DNA from: an uncultured Clostridia bacterium
Lineage (GTDB): Bacteria > Bacillota > Clostridia > Christensenellales > Borkfalkiaceae
Assembly (NCBI GenBank): GCA_937920115.1
Contig: CALGVF010000082.1
Location: forward strand, 9,733-73,732
Length of the DNA stretch: 64,000 nt
Direction: 5' to 3'
Numbering within the stretch: the stretch's first letter is position 1; every line of letters begins with the position of its first letter. The notes under the pieces are model-generated. The model searched no databases, was not told the DNA's origin, and was given only the letters and a program-made list of their open reading frames with translations. Shown here piece by piece: positions 8,350-17,307 of this stretch. The position numbers and the translations under genes were made by a program.

Positions 8350-9737
8350 AAATAATAGATCCGACACAAGAGATTTTGGATTGGGCAGAGAAATGGCTTA
8401 CGCTGACAAATCCCGAATATACTCAGTTGAAACTCTTGGGGAAAGACAATCTTATAAAATGGCGCAGAGTCCCCGAAAAACTTTGCTTATACGCAAAACG
8501 CGGAAACAGATTAATATTGCCGTTCGGATTGCTAAAGGCTGTGTGGAAATTTTTTTACAGAAACGCTTTTAACGCAACGTTCAATAATGCCGGCGAAATC
8601 AGCATTGCAGATTGCAAGCCGACATTATCGTTATACAACTATCAAGAAAAGGCTGTAAACGCAATGTTAAAGGCAAAAGGTGGGGTTTTAGTGGCTCCCT
8701 GTGGATCCGGAAAGAGTCTGATGGGTATAGAAATCATTCGTCGCATAGGTAAAAAGGCGTTATGGTTGTGTTCTACGGGCGATTTATTGCGACAAGCAAA
8801 AGCGGATATGGAAGAACTTTATCCGTCAATTAAAATAGGATTAACCACAGAGGGGAAACTTGAAATCGGCGAGGATGTAACAATTTCGACCGTTCAGACT
8901 TTGAGTAAAATCGATCCGTCGTATTATAAAAACGAGTTTGACGTTATTATCTGCGACGAGTGCGCTCACGTCTTTTCTGTTCCGTCAAAACTGCAGATGT
9001 TTGGAAAGGTTCTGACAAGTATTCCCGCGCGATTCAAATTCGGATTAACCGCTACTCCGACAAGAAGCGGGGGAGCGGATCTTATCCGAGCAATGTACGC
9101 ATATTTGGGTTGCGATAACAACGGCGAGTTCGCTCCCGCATATAAAGTCCCGAAAGAAGAAGTTAAAACTATTACGGCAGTACAAGAGAAAATCGAACTG
9201 TATAGCGGTTATGACGAAGTATCTCAAATGATGCAGATTTACGACACCTCGGGAATGATTGTCTATAACGACCTTATTAACGCTCTGTCGGAAGATAATG
9301 ACAGAACCGATAAGATTATCGAGAATATAATAAAATGCGACGCAGAGGGCAGAAAACAGGTCGTATTGACGCTTCGGGTAGAGCATTGCAAAATCATTGC
9401 GGAGAAACTACTCGAACGCGGAATAAATGCGGTTGTTTGTACCGGTGCAGTTACAGCGAAAAAAAGAAAAGAGATTTTGACGTGCAAGACGGATTGGAAA
9501 GTTTTGGTTGCGACTTATTCGTTACTGAAAGAGGGGGTTTCGATAAAGGCTCTCGATACTCTGCACCTTGCAACGCCGATAAAAGAAAAGGCTATGATCG
9601 TTCAGTCTGTGGGACGAATCGAAAGATATATGGATAATAAAAAGCAACCTATCGTATATGATTATGTAGATATGGATATTCCGTATTGCGTAAGAGCATA
9701 CGATGTAAGACGCAGAGCGTTAAAATCAAGATTCTAA
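8322..9737 (+). CDS. Superfamily-2 DEAD/DEAH-box helicase
   Basis: Motif I APCGSGKS, motif II DECAH, motif III GLTATP, motif VI QSVGRIER. Confidence 0.85.
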   Translation: METNIGSEIEIIDPTQEILDWAEKWLTLTNPEYTQLKLLGKDNLIKWRRVPEKLCLYAKRGNRLILPFGLLKAVWKFFYRNAFNATFNNAGEISIADCKPTLSLYNYQEKAVNAMLKAKGGVLVAPCGSGKSLMGIEIIRRIGKKALWLCSTGDLLRQAKADMEELYPSIKIGLTTEGKLEIGEDVTISTVQTLSKIDPSYYKNEFDVIICDECAHVFSVPSKLQMFGKVLTSIPARFKFGLTATPTRSGGADLIRAMYAYLGCDNNGEFAPAYKVPKEEVKTITAVQEKIELYSGYDEVSQMMQIYDTSGMIVYNDLINALSEDNDRTDKIIENIIKCDAEGRKQVVLTLRVEHCKIIAEKLLERGINAVVCTGAVTAKKRKEILTCKTDWKVLVATYSLLKEGVSIKALDTLHLATPIKEKAMIVQSVGRIERYMDNKKQPIVYDYVDMDIPYCVRAYDVRRRALKSRF

Positions 9738-9749
9738 AAGGACGGGTTT

Positions 9750-10214
9750 ATGGATAAAGTATATAAAATCAAAGACACAGTAGACAACAATTTATTCGGC
9801 GAAATCGGCTACGATCTTATTCCGACGTTGGACTTGACGGTCGTAAAAGTCGTTCCGTTTGATTATGAACACGAACTCGTTCAGTATAAAATACGACAGT
9901 TTTATAACAATCCCGAATGGCGAGATAAGTTTTATAAACCAAACAAAAAGATATTTAAGGAACGTTTCGATTTGAGATATTCGAGGGACGGCGAATTAAA
10001 ACCTACGCCGACATTCGTTGAAATGATTACGAACTGGCAGTTGCTTATCGAACTGAAAGGCGATAGGTGGTTAGGGTTTTCCACACTCGACACAAGCGAT
10101 TCTTCCGTATATTATAATAAGGATTTGCTTGATAAGTATTTCCCCGAAGAAATAGCAGAGTTAAAGAAACGCGACGTTTTGGAAGAAGTCGAGGTGACTT
10201 CGGATGCGGGATGA
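9750..10214 (+). CDS. Hypothetical protein
   Basis: 154-aa ORF with RBS aaaagga. Confidence 0.55.
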   Translation: MDKVYKIKDTVDNNLFGEIGYDLIPTLDLTVVKVVPFDYEHELVQYKIRQFYNNPEWRDKFYKPNKKIFKERFDLRYSRDGELKPTPTFVEMITNWQLLIELKGDRWLGFSTLDTSDSSVYYNKDLLDKYFPEEIAELKKRDVLEEVEVTSDAG

Positions 10215-11760
10215 TATATTTGTACTCGACGAAAGAGGCAATAGACAACTATCGCTTTCAAAACTAATCGGCGGCGGGTATACAGACGCGTGGTTCACGA
10301 ATTGCAGAGTGCGTTACAGATTATTCTGTGGCGCACGTTCCACAAAGAAATCCTATAATATAATAGGTTGCGAGCCGATTATAAAAATATTGTCGGATCC
10401 GCGCAGAAATATTCTTGTTGCGCGTCAGAACGATAGCGATAACAGGCAATCGACTTTTGAAAATATCACAGGGCGTATTATTGATCTCGGTTTGGAAAAC
10501 AGTTTTAAAATTTCTAAAAACCCGCTCACAATTGAATACACTGCAACAGGTCAGCAGATAATCTTTCGTGGACTTAACAATCCAACATCTTTGAACGGTA
10601 TCACTTTTGCTCACGGATATTTTACCGACGCGTATATCGACGAAGCGTTTGAAATTCCGACGTTCGAGGATTTTCGTAAACTCGACGGTTCAATTCGTGG
10701 TAAATTGCCCGACGATTTGTTTTTCCAAATCACAATGTGCTTTAATGCTTGGGACGGCGAATCATGGCTCAATGAAGAGTTTTTCAAAGGCAGACTCGAC
10801 GACGACTACGAAATGTTAGACCGTCCCGAAGTTCAATATCTCGATTACTTTAATCAAGACTTTATCGGACCTTACGGCAGGGGTTTATATCTCCACAAGT
10901 CAACTTACAAGATAAATGAATTTCGCGCCGCAGATTACGATTTATCGGCTCAGGAAATGAAACGCAAGTCCCCGAAGATATATCAGGTTGAATTCCTTGG
11001 AATGTTCGGTAATACGGGTTCGAGTGTTTACGATGAATTCAACGATTCTTTGATTCTTCCGTTATCGGCGTTTGTCGGCTCAGATAATATGGGCAGACCT
11101 GCGATGCAATTTTATGACTTTGCAATCGGTATAGATATAGGCTTATCCGACGGCGAAGGTAAGAAAATCAAAATCGGCAAGAACGAGGACGCGACAAAGA
11201 AAGTCCGCGCGGCAACAACTATGTCGCTTTGTGCAGTTACGTCCGACCTCGAAAAAATGGTTGTCATTGATGAATACTACCACAGCAACAATGCGGCAGA
11301 TAACACTTGCAACACCGACGATCGTGAAAATTTGGGATTACCCGCTCAAGCCGATCGAATTATGCAGTATATAGCAAAATGGTTCGACCAATACGGCGGC
11401 GGCTCGACAATCCTTATGAACGGTCAAGTCAACGTTTACGTCGATTCGGCAGATGTGGGAGCGCGAGCCGTACTTGAAATGAAAGCGCGTGAATGGGGCT
11501 TCTATAACCTGCATTTCTTTGGCTCGACAAAAATCAGTATTCAATCTCGTATCGACTTTTGGCGTTTAATGATGGCTTACTCGTCATTTCTTGTTTGTGA
11601 TAAATGTAAAAACCTTATCAGAGAGATAAAAAATGCCCGTAGAGGCAAAAAAGGTGAAGCCCGAGCCGATGTCGACGACCATATTTTAACTGCTACAGAA
11701 TATGGATTTCAGCCGATTATCGGGCAACTGAAACGTTGGCGTTCGTTCAAAATGCACTAA
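10204..11760 (+). CDS. terL: Terminase large subunit
   Basis: 518 aa. Walker A-like CGARSTKKS, Walker B AYIDEAFE, and a C-terminal RNaseH-like nuclease region with acidic residues (VYVDSAD, DVDDH). Confidence 0.8.
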   Translation: MRDDIFVLDERGNRQLSLSKLIGGGYTDAWFTNCRVRYRLFCGARSTKKSYNIIGCEPIIKILSDPRRNILVARQNDSDNRQSTFENITGRIIDLGLENSFKISKNPLTIEYTATGQQIIFRGLNNPTSLNGITFAHGYFTDAYIDEAFEIPTFEDFRKLDGSIRGKLPDDLFFQITMCFNAWDGESWLNEEFFKGRLDDDYEMLDRPEVQYLDYFNQDFIGPYGRGLYLHKSTYKINEFRAADYDLSAQEMKRKSPKIYQVEFLGMFGNTGSSVYDEFNDSLILPLSAFVGSDNMGRPAMQFYDFAIGIDIGLSDGEGKKIKIGKNEDATKKVRAATTMSLCAVTSDLEKMVVIDEYYHSNNAADNTCNTDDRENLGLPAQADRIMQYIAKWFDQYGGGSTILMNGQVNVYVDSADVGARAVLEMKAREWGFYNLHFFGSTKISIQSRIDFWRLMMAYSSFLVCDKCKNLIREIKNARRGKKGEARADVDDHILTATEYGFQPIIGQLKRWRSFKMH

Positions 11761-11764
11761 ACGC

Positions 11765-11793
11765 TTGCAGAACTACAAAAAGTGTGCTATACT
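11765..11793 (+). promoter_or_regulatory. Promoter positioned for a leaderless transcript
   Basis: TTGCAG (11765-70), 17-nt spacer, TGcTATACT (11785-93). The ATG at 11800 lies 7 nt after the -10 box. Confidence 0.45.
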
Positions 11794-11799
11794 TTGCCT

Positions 11800-12111
11800 A
11801 TGAAGAAGTTTTTCAAAAAGATTTGGGGATATATTCTCAAACCCTTTAAGTGGATTGCTGTAAACTGCAAAGACTGGCGCACTTTTGTCATATTTGCGAT
11901 TGTCTACATAGTATTGAGTTCAGAAGTGTGGGTGCCGTATATAATTGCTCTATGCATCGGATTGTCCACACCTGCAGGCATTGCTCTGTCGGGCTTTGCG
12001 ACGGCTTGCTTTATTTTTTGGCAACTCCCGGGAACGCCGTTCTTGCTGATTTGTTTGGGTGTAACGGCGGGAATTAAAACATTATGGGATAAACACCGAA
12101 AGAAAAAATAA
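11800..12111 (+). CDS. Small integral membrane protein
   Basis: 103 aa from the ATG at 11800 with 2-3 hydrophobic helices. No SD is present (see promoter). Confidence 0.55.
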   Translation: MKKFFKKIWGYILKPFKWIAVNCKDWRTFVIFAIVYIVLSSEVWVPYIIALCIGLSTPAGIALSGFATACFIFWQLPGTPFLLICLGVTAGIKTLWDKHRKKK

Positions 12112-12121
12112 AAATAATTTT

Positions 12122-12158
12122 AAAATATTGTCAAAAAGTAGTTGACAATATTTTTTTA
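12122..12158 (+). terminator. Palindrome/terminator identical in its arms to 2516-2548
   Basis: AAAATATTGTCAA (12122-34) / TTGACAATATTTT (12142-54) followed by a T-run. Confidence 0.55.
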
Positions 12159-12170
12159 TTGTGATAAGAT
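12142..12170 (+). promoter_or_regulatory. Promoter with extended -10
   Basis: TTGACA (12142-47), 17-nt spacer, TGaTAAGAT (12162-70). Confidence 0.55.
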
Positions 12171-12199
12171 ATAGATACAAAAGCAGAAAGGAGAATGAA

Positions 12200-12505
12200 A
12201 TGAATAGAGAAGAGCAGATACAAGAAATGAGCAAAATTATCTGTGGTGTTTGCGAAATGGCACTCGGTGGTGACGGTGACGATTGCGCAGAAAGTTCAGA
12301 TTATAGAAAGTGCGGAGTTTGTCGCGAAGTCGCCGAGAAGTTATACGATAAGTATTTGTATCGCAAGGCATTTGCATATAATAACGAATCGCCTGAACAA
12401 ACGGCGTTTAAACGTGGGTATGCCCAAGGATATTGCGACGGCGAAGAAACTGTCAGTAAAGAATTACACAGAATTTTACAAGAAACGATAAAAGGAGTAA
12501 AATAA
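12200..12505 (+). CDS. Cys-containing small protein, function unknown
   Basis: 101 aa from the ATG at 12200 (RBS aaaggag). The ORF-track GTG at 12161 overlaps the promoter. Confidence 0.55.
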   Translation: MNREEQIQEMSKIICGVCEMALGGDGDDCAESSDYRKCGVCREVAEKLYDKYLYRKAFAYNNESPEQTAFKRGYAQGYCDGEETVSKELHRILQETIKGVK

Positions 12506-12506
12506 C

Positions 12507-13226
12507 ATGAAAGGTTACAAGGCTTTTGAAAAAGGTTTAATTTGCCGCGGCAAGCAATACGTCGAGAACACAGTATTTGAAGAGGACGAGGCGGTTGTTG
12601 GCAAAAAGGGGATGCACTTTTGCAAAGACCCTTTGGCGGTTCTCGATTATTATCCGCTTGTAGACGATCGCGGCAATATATCGGAGTTTGCCGAGGTCGA
12701 GGCACTGGATGAGCCTATGACCGATGATAATCAGATGTATTGCTCGAAAAAATTAAAAATAAAGGGGAAAATTAATTTTGCACAGTTGGTTCAAGCAAGC
12801 GTTAAGTTTGACTATGAAAAGACTGGCGAAACAAAGGTAAAAACAACTAAAAAATATTCCGCAAAGATAGACTCTTTAGGCGATTGCGCAAAGGTAGACT
12901 CTTCGGGTGATTACGCAAAGATATACTCTTCGGGTGATTACGCACAGATACACTCTTCGGGTGATTTTGCACAGATAGGCTCTTCGGGCGATTCTGTAAA
13001 GATATGCTCTTTGGGCAAATATTCCGTTATTTGTTGTGCCGGGAATGATTCGATTGCGAAAGGTAAGGTTGGCTCATGGATAACGCTTTCCGAGTGGAAG
13101 TGGAACGACGAAGAACAAGCCTATAATCCTATTTGTGTAAAAACGGAAAAGATAGACGGAGTTAAGATAAAAGCCGATACGTTTTATAAACTTCAAAACG
13201 GCGAATTTGTGGAGGTGACAGAATAA
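12507..13226 (+). CDS. DUF7666-like phage protein with six 9-aa (SSGDxAxI) repeats
   Basis: The N-terminus MKGYKAFEKGLICRGKQY...GMHFCKDPLAVLDYYP is typical of this phage family. Internal beta-helix-like repeats. Confidence 0.6.
   Translation: MKGYKAFEKGLICRGKQYVENTVFEEDEAVVGKKGMHFCKDPLAVLDYYPLVDDRGNISEFAEVEALDEPMTDDNQMYCSKKLKIKGKINFAQLVQASVKFDYEKTGETKVKTTKKYSAKIDSLGDCAKVDSSGDYAKIYSSGDYAQIHSSGDFAQIGSSGDSVKICSLGKYSVICCAGNDSIAKGKVGSWITLSEWKWNDEEQAYNPICVKTEKIDGVKIKADTFYKLQNGEFVEVTE
12870..13031 (+). repeat. Six tandem 27-bp (nonapeptide) coding repeats
   Basis: Units are DSLGDCAKV, DSSGDYAKI, YSSGDYAQI, HSSGDFAQI, GSSGDSVKI and CSLGKYSVI. Confidence 0.8.
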
Positions 13227-13552
13227 TGCGAACCGTTCAACTTTCAAATGCACAGATTTTAACAATTATGATTGCGCTGAAAAGATCCGAAGAACAACAT
13301 AAAATGTCGGCATGCAAAGAAGAACTGTTAAACATTCGAGATTATTGCTACGCAAGAGCAAAAGCCGAATCGGACTTATACGACTTATTTAGGGAACTCG
13401 AAGCCTCATCGCCCGAAAAAGAATCCGCAAGGCAGTTTGCAATAAAACTTGAATCGCGGTTTGCTTATGACGACGATAAAGACACGATAACAAAGAAAGA
13501 ATTGCTTGATATCGTAAAAGATATTTTAAAGGAGAAAGAGAATGATTTTTAA
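13226..13552 (+). CDS. Hypothetical protein
   Basis: 108-aa ORF with RBS ggaggtga. ATG overlaps the upstream stop. Confidence 0.55.
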   Translation: MRTVQLSNAQILTIMIALKRSEEQHKMSACKEELLNIRDYCYARAKAESDLYDLFRELEASSPEKESARQFAIKLESRFAYDDDKDTITKKELLDIVKDILKEKENDF

Positions 13553-13609
13553 AAACATATAAAAACACAACTAAATGTATTGATTTTTACATATTTTAAA
13601 GATAAATTT

Positions 13610-14767
13610 ATGAAAACATATAAAACCGAAATAGAATTAAATCCATTACAGCAAGAAAAATTTTTGCGTACAATAGGTGTTTGTCGGTTTGTATATAATT
13701 TATTTTTACAAAAGAATAAAGAGTTATATACTAAAAATAAAGATACTAATTTACCTAAATATATAAATAATTTTGAATTCAGTAAATGGTTAAATAACGA
13801 ATTTATACCTGATAATCCTGAATATCAATGGATAAAAGAAGTATCAAGTAAAGCAGTACGACATGCTATAGATAACGCAAACAAAGCGTTCGCAAAATTC
13901 TTTGCACATAAAAGTAATTTTCCGCGATTTAAAAAGAAAAACAAAAACGATTGTAGTATGTATTTTGTTAAAACAGACAAAAACACTAAAATCAAATGCG
14001 AAAGGCATAGAATAAAAATACCTACGCTTGGTTGGTGTAAATTAAAAGAATTTGGTTATATACCAACTGATAAAACAATAACAAGCGGAACAATTATTAA
14101 ATATGCCGGAAGATTTTATATAAGTGTTTTAACAGATGAACCTATCAATATAAAATCTAATAATTCGCAAGACGGAATCGGGATTGACTTGGGCGTAAAG
14201 GATTTTGCGATACTGAGTGATGATACTAAATACAAAACACTTAAACAAACTAAATTAAATAAAAGGCTAAAACGAGAGCAGAAAGCAATCTCGAAAAAGT
14301 ATGAAACAAAAAAGAAAAATAAAAAGGAGGTTGCTACTTGTAAAAATATAGAAAAACAAATACTACGAGTACAAAAAATATATCGGCGAATAGCAAATAC
14401 TCGAAACGATTATCAAAATAAAATTATAAGCGAAATAATAAAACGAGAACCAAGTTTTATTACAATCGAAGATTTAAACGTTCGCGGTATGTTAAAGAAT
14501 AGGCATTTATCAAAAGCAATAGCAAATCAAGGATTTAATCAATTTGTTTCTAAACTTCAACACAAATGTGTTTTGAATGGAATAGAGTTAAGGCAAGTTG
14601 ATAGATTTTATCCGAGTTCTAAAATTTGCAGTGATTGCGGAAAGATAAAACAGGATTTAAAATTAAGCGATAGAATTTATATCTGTGAGTGCGGAAACAT
14701 AATAGATAGAGATTTGAACGCGGCAATAAATCTTAAGTATGCCAAAGAATATAAAGTAATCGCATAA
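13610..14767 (+). CDS. tnpB: TnpB RNA-guided endonuclease (IS605 OrfB family)
   Basis: The N-terminus KTYKTEIELNPLQQEKFLRTIGVCRFVYN is typical. RuvC D (GIDLGVKD), E (ITIEDLN) and D (IDRDLNAAINL) are present, plus the zinc ribbon CSDCG...CECG. Confidence 0.9.
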   Translation: MKTYKTEIELNPLQQEKFLRTIGVCRFVYNLFLQKNKELYTKNKDTNLPKYINNFEFSKWLNNEFIPDNPEYQWIKEVSSKAVRHAIDNANKAFAKFFAHKSNFPRFKKKNKNDCSMYFVKTDKNTKIKCERHRIKIPTLGWCKLKEFGYIPTDKTITSGTIIKYAGRFYISVLTDEPINIKSNNSQDGIGIDLGVKDFAILSDDTKYKTLKQTKLNKRLKREQKAISKKYETKKKNKKEVATCKNIEKQILRVQKIYRRIANTRNDYQNKIISEIIKREPSFITIEDLNVRGMLKNRHLSKAIANQGFNQFVSKLQHKCVLNGIELRQVDRFYPSSKICSDCGKIKQDLKLSDRIYICECGNIIDRDLNAAINLKYAKEYKVIA

Positions 14768-14905
14768 TCAAGCGACTTTATATATGTACTCGTGGCTAAC
14801 GAGGAATTAACGACTGTGGACTGCTATACAAACCAAAGTAGGTTTACGAAATGGGGCAGGATGAAGCAGTAATGGGAATATCGCGAGATACCCGAATTCT
14901 AAAGT
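14690..14905 (+). ncRNA. Candidate omega (re)RNA scaffold of TnpB; ends approximate
   Basis: Overlaps and follows the tnpB 3' end. Helices: CTCGT/ACGAG 14789-93/14799-803, AAACC/GGTTT 14830-34/14841-45, ACTGC/GCAGT 14820-24/14866-70. Confidence 0.45.
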
Positions 14906-15000
14906 ATTATATATTTTTATATGCTTTTAGTAGCAGAAGAATTGATTGCACAGGGAAGAATTAAAACAGTTAAAGTTTTGGAAGGTATTGAGGAAATCTA

Positions 15001-15162
15001 ATGAATATCCGCAAAATTAAGAAAATCGAAAAAGACGGCACAATCAAAGAAATAACAGTCGATTGGGATAAATTGCCCTGTGCAAAATGTGACAGAAGAT
15101 ACCATTTCTGTTGCCCGAAGCCCGACTGTTGGAATAAAAAAGCACAATACTGTATTTATTAA
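15001..15162 (+). CDS. Small Cys-rich protein (53 aa), tentative
   Basis: ATG ORF MNIRKIKK...CAKCDRRYHFCCPKPDC, below the ORF-track size cutoff. Confidence 0.35.
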   Translation: MNIRKIKKIEKDGTIKEITVDWDKLPCAKCDRRYHFCCPKPDCWNKKAQYCIY

Positions 15163-15180
15163 AAAAGGAGAAAAACGAAT

Positions 15181-15381
15181 ATGAAATGTCCGGTATGTAA
15201 CGGAGAAACAAAAGTAATTTGCTCGAGAGCAACAGACAACTCGGTAATCAGATGGAGAAAATGCGTTGACTGCAAACAGTCTATCTACACCGAAGAATTA
15301 CAAACCACACACAATGTTTTCAAAAAAGCGCAGAACAATTATGCGACGGGATTAAGAAAGTTGAAAGGGGAAAAGGAATAA
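15181..15381 (+). CDS. NrdR-like zinc-ribbon protein lacking an ATP-cone
   Basis: MKCPVCNGETKVICSRATDNSVIRWRKCVDCKQSIYTEE matches the NrdR N-terminal pattern CPxC..TKVI.SR...R.R.C..C...[FY]T.E. RBS aaggag. Confidence 0.6.
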   Translation: MKCPVCNGETKVICSRATDNSVIRWRKCVDCKQSIYTEELQTTHNVFKKAQNNYATGLRKLKGEKE

Positions 15382-15382
15382 A

Positions 15383-15676
15383 ATGAAAAAGTTTATTAAA
15401 GGTTCTTACGAAATAAAAGACGATATTCCCGATTTAGACGTTTTTGTTGAAAAGCATAGAAAAGAATTTGAATATTTGATTTCGTATGCGAATAAAAGCA
15501 ATATTGGCTTCAATATCGGAACGTCAGACAAAGGTGATGTTCTTTGCGAGTATAAAGTCGTCGGACAATCGCTTAAAGAGTGTAAAGCGGTAATGTCTGA
15601 ATTCAAACGAATGTTAAAAATGATTTTCAAAAAGGTCAATCCGCTTTACGAGGGTAACGGCGACCAAATATTTTAA
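15383..15676 (+). CDS. Hypothetical protein
   Basis: 97-aa ORF, tightly packed, RBS aaaagga. Confidence 0.5.
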   Translation: MKKFIKGSYEIKDDIPDLDVFVEKHRKEFEYLISYANKSNIGFNIGTSDKGDVLCEYKVVGQSLKECKAVMSEFKRMLKMIFKKVNPLYEGNGDQIF

Positions 15677-15694
15677 AAGATAGGAGATTACGCT

Positions 15695-15967
15695 ATGAAT
15701 GACAAACCTATAATACACACTTCTTTTAAGTCCTTAGCCAACCCCGTTGTAACGAAATGTAACGGCGATACTTATGAACTTGAAATGATTCAAAAATCAG
15801 TCGCAAAAGTTATGAAAGGAGTTATGGAAGAGGGCGAGAAAGTGTTGTATAAAGCAATGCTTGATTTTGCTAAAAGAGAGAAATTCACCGATATTTACTT
15901 AATAGACGAAGATTTCTTACGCTCGGCTATTGAAAACGAAATTAAAAGGAGAAAAGGTGAGAAATGA
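15695..15967 (+). CDS. Hypothetical protein
   Basis: 90-aa ORF with RBS taggag. Confidence 0.5.
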   Translation: MNDKPIIHTSFKSLANPVVTKCNGDTYELEMIQKSVAKVMKGVMEEGEKVLYKAMLDFAKREKFTDIYLIDEDFLRSAIENEIKRRKGEK

Positions 15968-16317
15968 ACGACGTAGTAAATCACCCGTCGCATTATACCG
16001 ACGGGAAAATAGAAGTAATAACATACATCGACGATAAGAATTTCAATTATTGTCGCGGCAATGCAATTAAATACATTTCGAGAGCCGGCAAGAAAAATCC
16101 CGAAAAGGAAATCGAGGATTTAGAGAAAGCCAAATGGTATATACACCACGAAATTGAACGATTGCAGAAACTTAAAGCACAAAAAATAAAAGACCAAAAA
16201 ATAAAAGAAAAAGCGAGCAAAAGAGCAAAAGAAAGTTGGACTGAATTGCCTAAAACGATAACTCGTTTTAACGGCGAAGAATACAACCCGGTATTAGACG
16301 ACGAGGAGCAAAAATAA
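15964..16317 (+). CDS. DUF3310 family phage protein
   Basis: NHPSHYTDGKIEVITYI...GNAIKYISRAGKK...DLEKAKWYI is the DUF3310 signature. Confidence 0.75.
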   Translation: MNDVVNHPSHYTDGKIEVITYIDDKNFNYCRGNAIKYISRAGKKNPEKEIEDLEKAKWYIHHEIERLQKLKAQKIKDQKIKEKASKRAKESWTELPKTITRFNGEEYNPVLDDEEQK

Positions 16318-16321
16318 AAGA

Positions 16322-16735
16322 ATGCAACATCGAATAAGTTATATGTTAGGTGTAGGAAGCCCTGAACGCCCGAGATTAAACAATAACATCACAATCTCAA
16401 AAGACGAGTTTTGGACTAAGTTTTTAGTCGATTGTATAGACAATTTCGGATCTATAGCAGAATATAGAGGCTTTGATTTGCATTTGTCTGAAATGGGCTT
16501 TCTTTTCGGAATCGAGCCGTCTTATCAGTATGACGACGTATTGATAATCGGTATAATGTTTTCGGACAAAAAGAACTGCTTTATCGAGCGTGGCAGAGCG
16601 TTCGGAAGTTACGGAACTAAACAACTAACTAAAATTAAAGTTTATGCGGATTATAAACGGCAGTCAAAGTTTACAAAGTTTATAGACAAATGGTATGAAC
16701 CGTTAGTAAAAAAATTGCAGGGGTGTAAAAAATGA
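16322..16735 (+). CDS. Hypothetical protein
   Basis: 137-aa ORF, co-directional packing, weak RBS. Confidence 0.45.
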   Translation: MQHRISYMLGVGSPERPRLNNNITISKDEFWTKFLVDCIDNFGSIAEYRGFDLHLSEMGFLFGIEPSYQYDDVLIIGIMFSDKKNCFIERGRAFGSYGTKQLTKIKVYADYKRQSKFTKFIDKWYEPLVKKLQGCKK

Positions 16736-17307
16736 AAGTTTTAGCAAGCCTTAAGCCGTATTATTATTACTTAATCGGTGAAAAAATTAAGACACTCGAA
16801 ATAAGAAAATCGGATTTAAAAAATCTACCACAAGACGTTCTATTTTATATGAGTAAGGACGAAAAATCTTTTGCAAAGATACCGAAAGAGTTTCAAGAAA
16901 AATATCGCAAGCATTTCGGGAAAGTCGGAATAGAATTTATTTGTGATAAGTCGATTTGCCTTGATTATTACCCACAAGATTACACAGGTATGCCCGGTAA
17001 ATTCTCGGAAATGATATGTAAGGAAAGTTGCTTATCTTACGACGAAATTATGGCATACAAGAAAGAGAAACTCGCTTACGGTTGGCACATTTCAAATTTG
17101 AAAGTTTACGATAATCCACGGGAATTAAGCGAGTTTCGCCGCGAATGTCCTAATTATAAAGATTTGCCGGCATATGGTTACGTAAATTGCAATCAGTGCA
17201 GATATTCATATACTATCAACCGTTTTATTAAATGCCAAATCGCCGGGAATATACCAGTATTTTGCGCGCCGCAATCGTATATGTACATTAAAGAGGTAGA
17301 AGGATGA
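16732..17307 (+). CDS. ASCH/PUA-like domain protein (tentative)
   Basis: N-terminus LKPYYYYLIGEKIKTLEIRKS resembles the ASCH core. Cys-rich C-terminus. Confidence 0.45.
   Translation: MKVLASLKPYYYYLIGEKIKTLEIRKSDLKNLPQDVLFYMSKDEKSFAKIPKEFQEKYRKHFGKVGIEFICDKSICLDYYPQDYTGMPGKFSEMICKESCLSYDEIMAYKKEKLAYGWHISNLKVYDNPRELSEFRRECPNYKDLPAYGYVNCNQCRYSYTINRFIKCQIAGNIPVFCAPQSYMYIKEVEG

Larger units (their letters stand above)
13556..14905 (+). mobile_element. TnpB-only IS200/IS605-family (IS1341-type) insertion; ends approximate
   Basis: A markedly AT-richer segment. It holds a single tnpB ORF and a GC-richer structured 3' region. No tnpA is present. Confidence 0.6.

Noticed and set aside
14921-15001. 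26-aa ORF (MLLVAEELIAQGRIKTVKVLEGIEEI) just right of the TnpB element as a remnant of an IS-disrupted gene
   Set aside because: It is too short to evaluate. I could not find a matching 5' fragment on the left flank, so disruption is unproven.
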